A stretch of 64,000 bases of DNA, from NCBI RefSeq assembly GCF_001194135.2, contig NC_068991.1, forward strand, positions 25,185,328 to 25,249,327, in the 5' to 3' direction. A model generated the notes under the pieces. That model was not told the DNA's origin. It saw only the letters and a program-made list of their open reading frames with translations, and did not search any database. Source of the DNA: Octopus bimaculoides (lineage: Eukaryota). Both the position numbers and the translations under genes were made by a program. Shown here in pieces: positions 11,715 through 23,478 of this stretch (its first letter is position 1; each line of letters starts with the position of its first letter).

Positions 11715-12722
11715 NNNNNNNNNNNNNNNNNNNNNNNNNNNNNNNNNNNNNNNNNNNNNNNNNNNNNNNNNNNNNNNNNNNNNNNNNNNNNNNNNNNNNN
11801 NNNNNNNNNNNNNNNNNNNNNNNNNNNNNNNNNNNNNNNNNNNNNNNNNNNNNNNNNNNNNNNNNNNNNNNNNNNNNNNNNNNNNNNNNNNNNNNNNNNN
11901 NNNNNNNNNNNNNNNNNNNNNNNNNNNNNNNNNNNNNNNNNNNNNNNNNNNNNNNNNNNNNNNNNNNNNNNNNNNNNNNNNNNNNNNNNNNNNNNNNNNN
12001 NNNNNNNNNNNNNNNNNNNNNNNNNNNNNNNNNNNNNNNNNNNNNNNNNNNNNNNNNNNNNNNNNNNNNNNNNNNNNNNNNNNNNNNNNNNNNNNNNNNN
12101 NNNNNNNNNNNNNNNNNNNNNNNNNNNNNNNNNNNNNNNNNNNNNNNNNNNNNNNNNNNNNNNNNNNNNNNNNNNNNNNNNNNNNNNNNNNNNNNNNNNN
12201 NNNNNNNNNNNNNNNNNNNNNNNNNNNNNNNNNNATCTATATATATGTATGCCTATCACACACACACATACATATACATATAAAGACATACGCATATATT
12301 TGTGTGTAGCGTGTATATATACTTATATATAAATGTATTTGTATATCAGGTTTACATACGTGCATATGTGCATACATACATACGTACATGCATACATACA
12401 TACATACACACACACACCTATGGCCGTGTATTGAGCGTCCCCTTCTAGGATTTCTACTTCCTTCTGCAACCTGCATCAGGTTTCTCATATAGGTTACCCA
12501 TCGCCATTAGCCGTGACGCTACAAGTTATCTTTAGACAGAAAACACTAATACAGGTTTTCCCATCTGTCTAGTTTGCTGCCAACAAGTCTTGAAGTTTAC
12601 ATTCGCTGGGTGTTGTATTTTTTATTCTTTTTGCTGTTATTTTTTTTTTTTGGTAGTTAATGGACTGTACAGAAAAACAGACGTCAGTTGAGAACTGAAA
12701 GCCAGTTTAATTTGTACATATA

Positions 12723-12759
<37 letters not shown>

Positions 12760-13166
12760 ATATATATATATATACATGCATACACGCACATACACTTATA
12801 TCTATAACATACACGTACTCACAAGTATACATATAAAACTGATGGCCATCATGCATACACACATACATGCAGACAGACAGGAAATCATATATGAATATAT
12901 ATTTATATGTGTGTGTATATGTATATTTATATAGAGGCATTAACAATGTATATAGTCACTATTTAGATATAATAAAAGAGCAATGAATCTAAATTTAACT
13001 CCAGACAGTCAAAGAAACTTAAAATAAACTTTCTAGAAATATTTACCTAGAATTCGTGGCCTTTTCCTCAGCTTTGTTGAAAAGTTGTAATTTACATAAT
13101 ATTATATGAAGATAAAAAAAGAGTTAAAATATATTTTCTGAGAAAATTCTTGAAACTTTTTAATAT

Positions 13167-13317
13167 AGGTGGAGGCGTGGTTCTGTGCTTCTCAACCACA
13201 TGGTGCCAAGTCTGGTCCCACTGCTTGCCACCTTGGGCAAGTGTCTTCTTCTATAGCCTCGGGCTGACTAAAGCCTTGGAAGTAGATTTGGTAGATGGAA
13301 ACTGAAAGAAGCACGTC

Positions 13318-13318
<1 letters not shown>
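13167..13318 (+). mobile_element. SINE family B head half
   Basis: CCACCTTGGGCAAGTGTCTTCTTCTATAGCCTCGGGCTGACTAAAGCCTTG...GGAAACTGAAAGAAGC followed by (TA)n. Confidence 0.8.
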
Positions 13319-13332
<14 letters not shown>

Positions 13333-13356
<24 letters not shown>

Positions 13357-13701
13357 TTTATTTGTTTCAGTCATTTGACTGCAGTTATGCTAGAGCACTG
13401 CCTTTAGTCGAATAGATCGACCCCAGGATTTAGTCTTTGTAAGCCTNNNNNNNNNNNNNNNNNNNNNNNNNNNNNNNNNNNNNNNNNNNNNNNNNNNNNN
13501 NNNNNNNNNNNNNNNNNNNNNNNNNNNNNNNNNNNNNNNNNNNNNNNNNNNNNNNNNNNNNNNNNNNNNNNNNNNNNNNNNNNNNNNNNNNNNNNNNNNN
13601 NNNNNNNNNNNNNNNNNNNNNNNNNNNNNNNNNNNNNNNNNNNNNNNNNNNNNNNNNNNNNNNNNNNNNNNNNNNNNNNNNNTATACATACATACATACA
13701 T

Positions 13702-13740
<39 letters not shown>

Positions 13741-14003
13741 CACAACAGGCCTCATTCACTTTCCGTCTACCAAATCCACTCATAAGGCTTTGGTTGGCCA
13801 CAGTGGCATCTTGGGCAGGTGTCTTCTACTATAGCCTGGGGCCGACCAAACCCTTGTGAGTGGATATGGTAGATGGAAACTGAAAGAGGCCTGTTGTATA
13901 TATATATATATATATATTTATATATAAGTATGTTTGTGTGGGACTGACCTGCAACTGTGTGACTGGTAAGCAAGCTACTTACCACACAGCCACTCCAGCG
14001 CCT
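13333..14003 (-). mobile_element. SINE family B copy spanning an N-gap, with an internal fold-back (13743-13896)
   Basis: Tail at 13333-13446, microsatellite, head parts at 13743-13799 and 13940-14003, separated by an inverted head segment. Confidence 0.75.
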
Positions 14004-14029
14004 ATACACAGCCACTCCCATATATATAG

Positions 14030-15790
14030 AAGACATGCCAGATTAAGAAGTTTATAAAATACAAAGGCTAGAGAATGAAGACTGAAGTCCGTCACCCACC
14101 TGTGAAAGCAGTAATTAATGTAAGTAACTGACATCTAGAAAGCTCTGAAGAAGCAGTACTGAACAAAGGCCTCAACTTTGCGACGACCATCAAGTGCATT
14201 CCATACTTGGACATAATAGCCCCTATTGAAGAGATAGCCATAAAGATATCAAAAGCTTAGGGAGATGAACTAAGGTGGAAAGCGAGACAGGTACTTGAAA
14301 AAGGAAAACTTTCCAAACCAAACATCACTAAGGAAGAAAATTTCACTATCAAAAGACTACAGAGGTGACAATTCCGTCATAATACTTCCAGCAGACAAGG
14401 GAAATGCTACTGTGGTGATGAACAAGTCTGACTACTCTGAAAAATTGGCAAGTCTTATAAGTGATGGTAGCTACAGCAAAGTAAAGAAAGACTCTACTTT
14501 GAAAACAGAGAGGAAGTTGTCACAGATCTTGATCAAGAACAAGGATCACTTTACACCAATGAACTACAGACAACTGACTCAACACTACCGTAGACTACCA
14601 CACATGTACGGTCTCCCTAAGATTCACAAGGATGGTATTCCATTAAGATCTATAGTGAGCTGTAGAGGTTCACAGCATGTCATCCACTGAGCCACCTCTT
14701 TGTGGATATAATCAGTCCATTAGCAGGAAAGTCAACATCGTACGTGAAGAATTCCACCCACTTCACAGAATTAATCAAGGATACCTCCCCCCATTGAATC
14801 CAACCAGATGGTGTGTTTAGATGTGATAAGTATGTTCACCAAAGTCCGAACTGGTGAAGCACTATTGGTGATTCAAGAAAAACTAGTGACAGACACCCAT
14901 CTAAAAGAATGCACTAGTATACCAATAAGAAATGTGATGGAAATGTTCAGTATGGACACTGATATATATCGAAAAAAAGAAGGTTTAGCTATGGGTTCGC
15001 CATTATCACCGATAATAGCCAATATAAAACATGGAATACTTTGAGAATTTGGCTTTAGGATCAACACCACTGAAACCAACACTATGGCTGCGATATGTTG
15101 ATAACACCCTTTTTCTCTGGCCCCACCAGGAAGATGTCCAAGTGCTGTTAGATCATGTGAACTCAATAAAGCCATCCATATAATTCCCAATGGAAAAGGA
15201 AAAAGACAATCATCTAGCATTCCTGGACGTATTAATAACAAGCATCAAGTATGGATTCAGGAAATTTGTATACCAGAAGCCAACCTTCATTGGACGATAC
15301 CTCAACTATCCACTCCAATTATGAAGAAAAGAGGGGTTGAAACCAATAAACTGTCCACAGTCTGTCTACCCTATGTGAAAGGCCTCTCTGAAAAGATACA
15401 AAAGATATGCAGCCCATATGACATCAGGACAGTATTCAAGAGTAATACAACACTTCGCAAACATCTCCTTCAAGAAAAAACCATTAATAGAAGAGAATAT
15501 GATCAAAGACTGTGTGTACTCCATCCCATGCAGCTGTGGTAGGTTATACAAAGGCGAAACATGTCGCCCCCTCAAAATAAGGGCAGACGAACATCGCAAA
15601 GCTGTGACACGAGGAGATATTGATAAATCGAATATAGCTGATCATGTATGGAAAAATGGAGACCACCTCTCCCTGTCAGATGAAGTTAAAACAATAGACA
15701 GAGAACACAACTGGAAGATACGAAAACTAAAACAAGCAGCACCATATGCTAGGACACAACAACCTCCTAAGCAGACTGAGTATAACTAGA
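14030..15790 (+). mobile_element. Penelope-like retroelement (RT + GIY-YIG endonuclease), decayed
   Basis: Frame-shifted fragments: VLNKGLNFA; PADKGNATVVM; MYGLPKIHKDGIPLRSIVS; CLDVISMFTKV; GLAMGSPLSPIIANI; WLRYVDNT (YVDD site mutated); CVYSIPCSCGRLYKGETCRPLKIRADEH. Confidence 0.9.
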
Positions 15791-17574
15791 AATTTAGAAT
15801 CCAGTTAGTACTTACACGAGTGGAAGTTAGAATATAAAGGGACAAAGTATTCTATATTGCGATGCATTTCTTGAATACAAATGAAGATAATTATATTGAA
15901 GAAGGACCATGACTGAATTACAAATATACCAGAAGCCTGTCTCCTCTTCATGCCATTTGCATTATGTATTTTCACTTTACATTAACACAAGACTACCACA
16001 CTTAGGGAGGAGGTGTAATTGATAGATTTACTTTAATTTACTATGAACCATATCAGAACACCACCTTCAAAAGTTCTTATCCAACCATATTACCCCAGTA
16101 TTCCAAATTTTTAGTTACTTCCCAAGCAGGTTTATTCAGTTTCTTATAACTTTTGATACATATGCATTCCCACTTATGCAGGACAGGACATGCAGCTCAT
16201 ATATCAGACTATTGTCTGTTGAAAAAATTGTTCTCAGGCAAGCTAAAATAAAGTAGTCTCAAGAAGGCAAGAACAATTTATTTACTTAATGCATCTTTAA
16301 GTCATTTAATCTCACATGCCTACGGCTTTAAGTTAAATTAATAGATCCTTATTTATTTTAAAAAATTTATGTAAGTTCAGTTTTTACCTAAAATTTGACA
16401 CCATTTTTTTAATAGTAAAAATATGTTAGATGATTCTCAAAATTTAAATACTTGCTTTGATTATTGCAGTTGTTGTATAGCTCCAGCCAGTTTTGTAAAA
16501 TAGAAGTATGGCATGTAGGCAGTCAATCAAGTATCTAGCTCAACAAATCGATCCAACACACAGTATATACAAAGCTTCTAAGTGGTCAACAAATTACAAA
16601 GTCCACTTTAATATGCATTTATAATGTAGGGTAGAGTCTAATTGTGTATAATTGTAGGTTTATGGGAGAAAAGCTGGTGGAGGAGGTCAAGATTAACTTG
16701 GTCAGATGGTTAATGTGCTTCTGCACATATATTCAGAAGTGTTTATGGAGTTGTTAGTGTTGTTTTAACCCAAAATCATCCTTGATCAAGGAAACCTGCA
16801 GTCAATGGTATTCCAGCAATTTACTATTCTGTGAAATTTTCAGACACAGTGTATTTACAGTTTTCAGTTGGTTCATTGTTTCTTTTTAAGACTGTACAGT
16901 GTGGTTCAAAGAAGACTGGGGCACTGTTTTTAACCAATTGAATACCACTTACAGTCTACTTCATTGTTTATGGAGTAAATACAAACAGTGGTGTGGCTGA
17001 AATAGAAATGCAGGTGAAACACATAATAGTTCTAGTTACATCTCTATATGTCACGAGCTCAACTCTCATTGAAATCCATTAAAACTTTTATTCTCCATGG
17101 ATAATCAATAAGATAATACCGATAGTATAATGGAGTTAATTCAACTGACTATACAAACTGAAATTTGTGACCTAGCACTAAGCTAAAAAGATCAATGTAA
17201 ATAATAGAGTAAAATGTTTCAGCTCAAAAAAGACAATATTTACCTTTTCTATCGAAGATCAGGAGCAGATGATCCCATGTAAACCTTAAGGTCTTCTGCT
17301 GTGCCTTTAATTAGTTTACAAGGAATGCCTCTCTCCTGTAAAGCTGTGTATGCTTCAATTCTGTGTCAACCACCAAATGAATAATAATAGTTTCCACCTT
17401 CTGATCCTGTGATCCACAAAACATCAATGGGTAGCACAAGATGCCTGGTATTGGGATTCTGTAATGAGTAAACGGTTAAAACACATGAGTATGTATGTTT
17501 ATATAAAGACCCATCCTCCACAGCAGAAGTGTTGATGTTGCTTTCCCTGGTGAATAAGATTGGTCAGTAAGAGC

Positions 17575-17790
17575 CCTGTGCTGGTGCCACACAAAAAGCA
17601 CTTAGGCCAGTGCCACGTTGAAAGCACCCAGCATTCACTATAGAGTGGTTGGCATAAGGAAGGGCATCTACCTGTAGAACTCAAGCGAAATCAAACTGGA
17701 ACCTCGTGCAGCTCTCCTGCTTGCCAGTTTTGGTCAAACTGCCCAACCCATTCCAGCATGAAAAACAGACATTAAAGGATGATGATGATG
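17575..17790 (+). mobile_element. Retroposon 3' module family F ending in (GAT)n
   Basis: GTGGTTGGCATAAGGAAGGGCATC...GTCAAACTGCCCAACCCATTCCAGCATGAAAAACAGACATTAAAG-(GAT)n; homologous to 27103-27400. Confidence 0.75.
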
Positions 17791-17917
17791 AGAATGAGGA
17801 TGAGGATGATGATGATGAGGATGATGATGATGAGGATGATGATGATGATGATGATGATGAGGATGATGATGATGATGAGGATGATGATGATGATGATGAT
17901 CATCATCATCATCATCA
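17778..17917. repeat. Compound (GAT/GAG)n-(CAT)n microsatellite formed by two abutting tails
   Basis: Polarity switches GAT to CAT at about 17899. Confidence 0.9.
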
Positions 17918-18078
17918 TTGAACATCTGTTTTCCATGCTGGCTTGGGTTGAACAGTTTGACAAGAGCTGGTCAACTGAGGAACAGTCCAGACTCCAATAG
18001 TCTGTTGTGGCATGGTTTCTATAGCTGGATGCTCTTCCTTACACCAAACCCTGGGTGCTTTTTACGTACCACTAGCAT
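17899..18078 (-). mobile_element. Family F copy in opposite orientation
   Basis: (CAT)n-TGAACATCTGTTTTCCATGCTGGCTTGGGTTGAACAGTTTGAC...GCTGGATGCTCTTCCT. Confidence 0.75.
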
Positions 18079-18409
18079 GGATGATGATGAGATATATAAA
18101 TACATACGAATACATGTAAACTGAAAGAAGCCTATCATGTCTGTGTGTGTGTCCTTGTCTTGACATCATGTGATGGTTGTAAATGAGAATCACAGTCATA
18201 CAAGCAAGGTTGATCATTTCCAGTCTTCCATGAAAAACATGTCTAGCAATGGGAAAAAATATTACCTTGTTTGGAAACAGTTGAAGATGTGAATTTGTCT
18301 ATTAAATGATATTTATCTGTTACTGGATGGAGTACTTTCTTTGTTAATCTTAACCAATAACAGAACAGTACACTATATATATACACATACACACACATAC
18401 ACACAAATG

Positions 18410-18449
<40 letters not shown>

Positions 18450-18572
18450 AACATGAATATGTATACATTTGTATACATATACATATATATATATATATAT
18501 ATATAGATATATATATATATATATACGTACATATATATATGCATATGTATATATACATGTATATACATTTAC

Positions 18573-18646
<74 letters not shown>

Positions 18647-18845
18647 TTATATAGAGATGTATATGTATACATATACATATATACATGCATTTGCATACAT
18701 ATTCATATCTATATACATGTATACATATATACACACATACACACACAGACATACATATATACATACATGTACTGAAAAACACTGTTTGACCTAAATAAAT
18801 AAATTAGAATGCAGCCAGGTATTAAGAGAAATCATAAACCTACAA

Positions 18846-21259
18846 CAGTGGTTCCTAACCTTTTTTCAGCCCAGGGTCCATTTTTTACTTGAAAAAATCT
18901 CTAGGGACCACTTCTACTTTTACTTTATGCTGTTCAATTTTCGCACTAAAATACTTAATGTAAAGACAAAATAGTCTATTTACACTTTAAAATTTATTTT
19001 AGCAAACAAAAAATAAAATTTAAAATTTATTTTAGTAAACAAAGATAAACACAAGATATCAAAATCATTTTTCATAAAGTTGTTCATTTTTAGTCCATTC
19101 AGCTAGTGACTAGCTTGATATTGGTGTTTCTGACACAAGATATCATAATCAATTTTAATGAACTCATTTAGTCTTAGTCTGATAGTTCCTCTGCTGTTGA
19201 CATCTAATTTATTTCTTTTTCTACTTAAAATATCTATAACAGCTGAAAATGCAGATTCTACTATCCATGTTGTAGGAAAAGAAATTATGCTTCTACATGG
19301 CAAAAAATATTTGGGTGTGATTCCTTTATTGATATGTAGGCAAAGACACCTTCCTTTTCAATTCTTCTCAGTTTCATATTTCTCTTTCAAATCCAACAAC
19401 ATTTCAGCCAACTGAAAATTATCATCTCCTGGCTCATAATTTTCTAGGTCTACAAACCAGAGTGGATAATCTATCTTTAATAAATCATTGTATATTCTTT
19501 CAAAGTCTACATGAAGGCCTTCAAGATGGGCAGTGCATGCAGCAATGCATTCTGATGTAGGAATAGTGATATTAAAATTTTGAAATGATGCCAAATTTTT
19601 TTTTCAAAGTGTTTTTTAACAAAATTTTAATTTCCCTGTATGCCATTTTATCTTCTGAGGACAGCTCTAAGTTAAGCAGATTCACTGTTTGAAAAATATC
19701 ACTCAAGTAGAATATTTTTGATTTAAACTCAGAAAGGCTTTCCAAAATTTTCTTAGCTGTATCAACTTGCTTCTTGGAGTTGTAATGAGTCATCTGACTC
19801 TTGAACATGAGAAAGTTGATTAATGGTTTCCACAAATTCACTAGTCTTTCAAGGCTCAGGCCTTTTGACAACCATCTTACTTCTGTATGAAGCAATAGAG
19901 TTTTAAAATCTCCATCTTCACATAATTGCAAAAAAAAATTTATCATTCACTGAGTTTGATTTGACATAGTTAAATGCATGTATGGCAGTGTTGAGTGCTT
20001 CTTCCATTTGTCCTCCAATATTCTTAGCAATCAAATGCTGTCTGTGGATAATGCAATGTATATAAAAAATGCTAGGAGCAACTGATTTCATTCACTTTTC
20101 CAGTCATGGCTGCAGCTCCATCTGATGCGATGTTGATCAAATTAGTCAGAGGAATATTTTTATCATTAAAATACTGCATTACTTCATTGAATATATCTTC
20201 TCCATTAGTAGTTTCAGGCAAACTTTTAATGAATAACATTTCTTCCCTCATATCATCTTCATGGATGAATCTGACATAGACCAGAAGGATAGCTTGGTGA
20301 TGAATTGTGCTTATCATCAGCCTGGATAGAAAAATTTGTCTTTTGGAGAATTTCCATAATCTTCTCCTCAACAAAATTAGACATTTCATTCTGTCTTCTT
20401 GTAATTGTGTTATTTGAAAGTGGAATTGTACTCAGAGTAGATGCAGCATCTTTTCCCAGAACCTCATTTGCACAAGCTATCATAGCAGGCTTGACAAATT
20501 TCTCACCGTAAATCTGAGATGCTGCAACCTTGGCAATAATTTCAGAGACCAAATAACTTGGTTTGAGTGTCTTTGCTTTTTCAGTATTTATCTTTTTTAC
20601 AAAATCGGGTAGTTTGATTGGCTGTATTTTCTTTTTAATCTCAAAATATTCTCTACCTTTACCAAGAGATGATAGATACCTTAATTTCTGGTTCTGTTCC
20701 AGCTTAATTTTGTTCATGGAATGATTTGTCATGATGGCATCACATTTAAGACACAGGTTTTAAGTCTACAGATATAAAACCAAACATGATAAAATCTTCT
20801 TTGTAGGTATTCAGTTTTGCCTTTTTAGCAGTTGTTTCAGACATTATTACAACTGATCTTAAAAAAATAAAAATAATAAAGTATTTATTTCTATAAAATA
20901 ATAAATACTTTATTTCTATAAATTAAAAGTATCAAATTTATTATTAAACAATATTGTGTAGTGATCTATTAAAAATATCAAATTTATTATGAAACTGTTG
21001 TAATTGTAAAATTTAAATTATGTAATTCTTGATTGTAATATATTATTGATTATATATTATACATTATTGATTCTTATGGAATAATTATTGAATTTTGTTT
21101 CCTTATTATTATTTTGTCTTCTTATAAATTATTATTAACTAACAGTGTCTTTATTATCAAACAATATTGTATAGATCTGAAATGGTTTCAATTTATTTTA
21201 TGGCTACAAATTCTCTGGGGATCACCAGAAATTCTCTGGGGACATATTGGGAATCACTG
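18846..21259 (-). mobile_element. Full-length hAT DNA transposon, Buster group (2414 bp)
   Basis: TIRs CAGTGGTTCCTAA (18846) and CAGTGATTCCCAA (reverse of 21247-21259). Perfect 8-bp TSD ACCTACAA at 18838-18845 and 21260-21267, with the central TA typical of Buster. Subterminal AAATTCTCTGGGGA occurs twice. Confidence 0.92.
19103..20844 (-). pseudogene. hAT/Buster (ZBED5/TcBuster-like) transposase pseudogene
   Basis: MSETTAKKAKLNTYKEDFIMFGF (BED-finger start), AILLVYVRF, EMLFIKSL, ASDGAAAMTG, HCIIHRQHL, LLLHTEVRWLSKG, YLSDIF, FPTTWIVESAFS, split over at least 5 ORF pieces by frameshifts and stops. Confidence 0.9.
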
Positions 21260-22130
21260 ACCTACAACATATGTGATATTGACAACACAGACATCAACTA
21301 AGACAAATTAATACACTACATAATTTTTTAATTATGCACACATGCATGCATGTGCATACTCTCTCTCTTTTTCTCTCTGTCTCTCTTTGTTTACAAGCAA
21401 AAACAGTCACATGACTATTCTAAAAGAGACAATAGACTTTCTTTTCTAGAAAAGAACAGATGATAGAGGCAAAAACCAGGCTAAGATTCTAATATCAGTC
21501 AATTCTGTGGATATTGCAGTCAAGTAAGGACAAAAAAACCAAAAAAAACCCAGTTGTGTTGAATATAGAAATGATGATTGCTACCACGATAGTAATGATG
21601 ATGGTCGTCATGACAATGAAAATTATAATGATCATGTTGATGAGGAGAATGTTGATGTTAAAAATTACAATGAGAATGAAAAATTGTGATGATGATGATG
21701 ACGATGACAACAACAACAATAACAACAACAACAACAACAACAGCAAACAAATGCTAATCGGGTTGTCAAATTGTTTCTGTAAACGCTATATAGGGAGACT
21801 TATTCTTCAGAAAAGTGATATACATAACTAACATTAAATTTAAATGAATGTCGTTTGTTGATTCATGTAGAATAACACTCATTTCAAATGAATTAATTAT
21901 AATGTTGGAAGACTACGCCTGTGTATATAACCATTATGATTTAAGTAAATAATTCTTTTTACAGAAATCATTAATGATCTCTTTTAAGATGGATAATTAT
22001 TAAACTCATTATGTGGGTTAACAGAAGTATCCTGAGCTAATTTGATTAAAAATAGAGTGGTTGTAACAGGTCAAAGGGAATTAATCAGCTAGATTATCTC
22101 TTATCCACGTATGACAAATGATAAACAGAT

Positions 22131-22407
22131 ACATTATTTACATTATTTACATTATTCACATTATTCACATTATTTACATTATTCACATTATTTACATTAT
22201 TTACATTTGACGGATATTTCTCCTCATCTTGTTTGTTGTTAACACAACGTTTCGGCTGATTTACCCTCCAGCCTTCATCAGGTGTCTTGAGGAAATTTCG
22301 AACCTGGGTTCTCATTCCTAAGGTATTTTTCGATGTTGTTGTTATTATTATTATTATTATTATTATTTAGGTCACTGCTTGGAATCAAACTCAGAATCTC
22401 GGGGTTA
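22131..22407 (-). mobile_element. Family E copy 2 (best preserved)
   Basis: Minus strand: TAACCCCGAGATTCTGAGTTTGATTCCAAGCAGTGACC-(AAT)n-...AGGAATGAGAACCCAGGTTCGAAATTTCC-hammerhead motif-AACAAGATGAGG...-(GTRAATAAT)n. Confidence 0.85.
22241..22286 (-). ncRNA. Putative minimal type I hammerhead ribozyme
   Basis: GACAC (stem I) CTGATGA A GGCTG-GAGGGTAAAT-CAGCC (stem II) GAAAC GTT (palindromic ACGT helix III, GUU site) GTGTT (stem I partner). Confidence 0.65.
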
Positions 22408-22455
22408 TGAATTCGATTCCAGGCAGTGACCTGAATAATAATAATGATAATAATG

Positions 22456-22501
<46 letters not shown>

Positions 22502-22678
22502 CAACATCAAAAAATACCTTAGGAATGAGAACCCAGGTTCAAAATTTCCCCAAGACACCTGAAGGCTGGAGGGTATATCAGCTGAAACATGTTAACAACA
22601 AACAAGATGAGGACAAATATCTGTCAGATGTGAATAATGTAAATAATGTGAATAATGTAAATAATGTAAATAATGTAT
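22408..22678 (+). mobile_element. Family E copy 3 (CpG-decayed, ribozyme core deleted)
   Basis: AATTCGATTCCAGGCAGTGACC head; CACCTGAAGGCTG lacks TGA of CTGATGA; five CpG to TpG/CpA changes relative to copy 2. Confidence 0.85.
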
Positions 22679-22881
22679 CTGTTTATCATTTGTCATACGT
22701 GGATAAGAGATAATCTAGCTGATTAATTCCCTTTGACCTGTTACTTCTTTTAGGCTATGTACATAATTCCTCATCTCTTAAATAAAGAACCAGATACATG
22801 ATTTGTTTATTTCACAAAGATTAGATAAATTGAGCTAAACAGCAGATCTCATTATTTTTCTGCTTGACAAAGCTGCATGGC

Positions 22882-23070
22882 TTAGTGGTTAGTTTCTTTG
22901 ACTCTTGATCAGAAGAACATGGAGGTTCAATTCCTGAACTGGTTGGTGCATTGTGTCCCTGAAAAAAAAAAAATCACTTCATTTTCATGTTGGTCCAGTT
23001 CACTCAGCCATGAGTACCAGTTGGGTGCTGATGCAGCCCTCTCTCCCTCCAACTAGAGGTACATTCTGGA
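22882..23070 (+). mobile_element. SINE family D (tRNA head + CORE-like block), diverged
   Basis: A box TGGCTTAGTGG, B box GGTTCAATTCC, then CATTTTCATGTTGGTCCAGTTCACTCAGC. Confidence 0.7.
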
Positions 23071-23203
23071 TGCACGTACATCAGAGGAATGTGTGTGTAT
23101 GTGTGTGTATGTGTGTGTGTGTGTGTGTGTATGTGTGCGTGTGCACGAGTGCATGCGTGCATGTATGTAAGTGTGCGTAAGCGCACACACATGCATATGT
23201 GTG

Positions 23204-23432
23204 TTATTTCTTTACTACCCACAAAGGGCTACACACAGAGGGGACAAACAAGGACAGACAAACGGATTAAGTCGATTATATCGACCCCAGTGCGTAACTG
23301 GTACTTATTTAATCGACCCCGAAAGGATGAAAGGCAAAGTTGACCTCGGCGGAATTTGAACTCAGAACGTAGCGGCCGACGAAATACCGCTAAGCATTTC
23401 GCCCGGCGTGCTAACGTTTCTGCCAGCTCGTC
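23204..23432 (-). mobile_element. SINE family C (type-1 3' end), near intact
   Basis: Head GAGCTGGCAGAAACGTTAGCACGCCGGGCG, B box GAGTTCAAATTCC, core ACTTTGCCTTTCATCCTTTCGGGGTCGATTAAATAAGTACCAG, end GCCCTTTGTGGGTAGTAAAGAAATAA. Confidence 0.88.
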
Positions 23433-23433
23433 A

Positions 23434-23478
<45 letters not shown>

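Larger units (their letters stand above)
22063..22744. repeat. Long imperfect palindrome of two head-to-head family E copies plus an identical outer ~70-bp arm
   Basis: 22063-22134 is the exact reverse complement of about 22673-22744; the inner arms are diverged E copies. Confidence 0.9.

Noticed and set aside
17706-18000. Poly-Asp/His/Met ORFs resembling metal-binding peptides
   Set aside because: They are the (GAT)n/(CAT)n tails of two retroposons.
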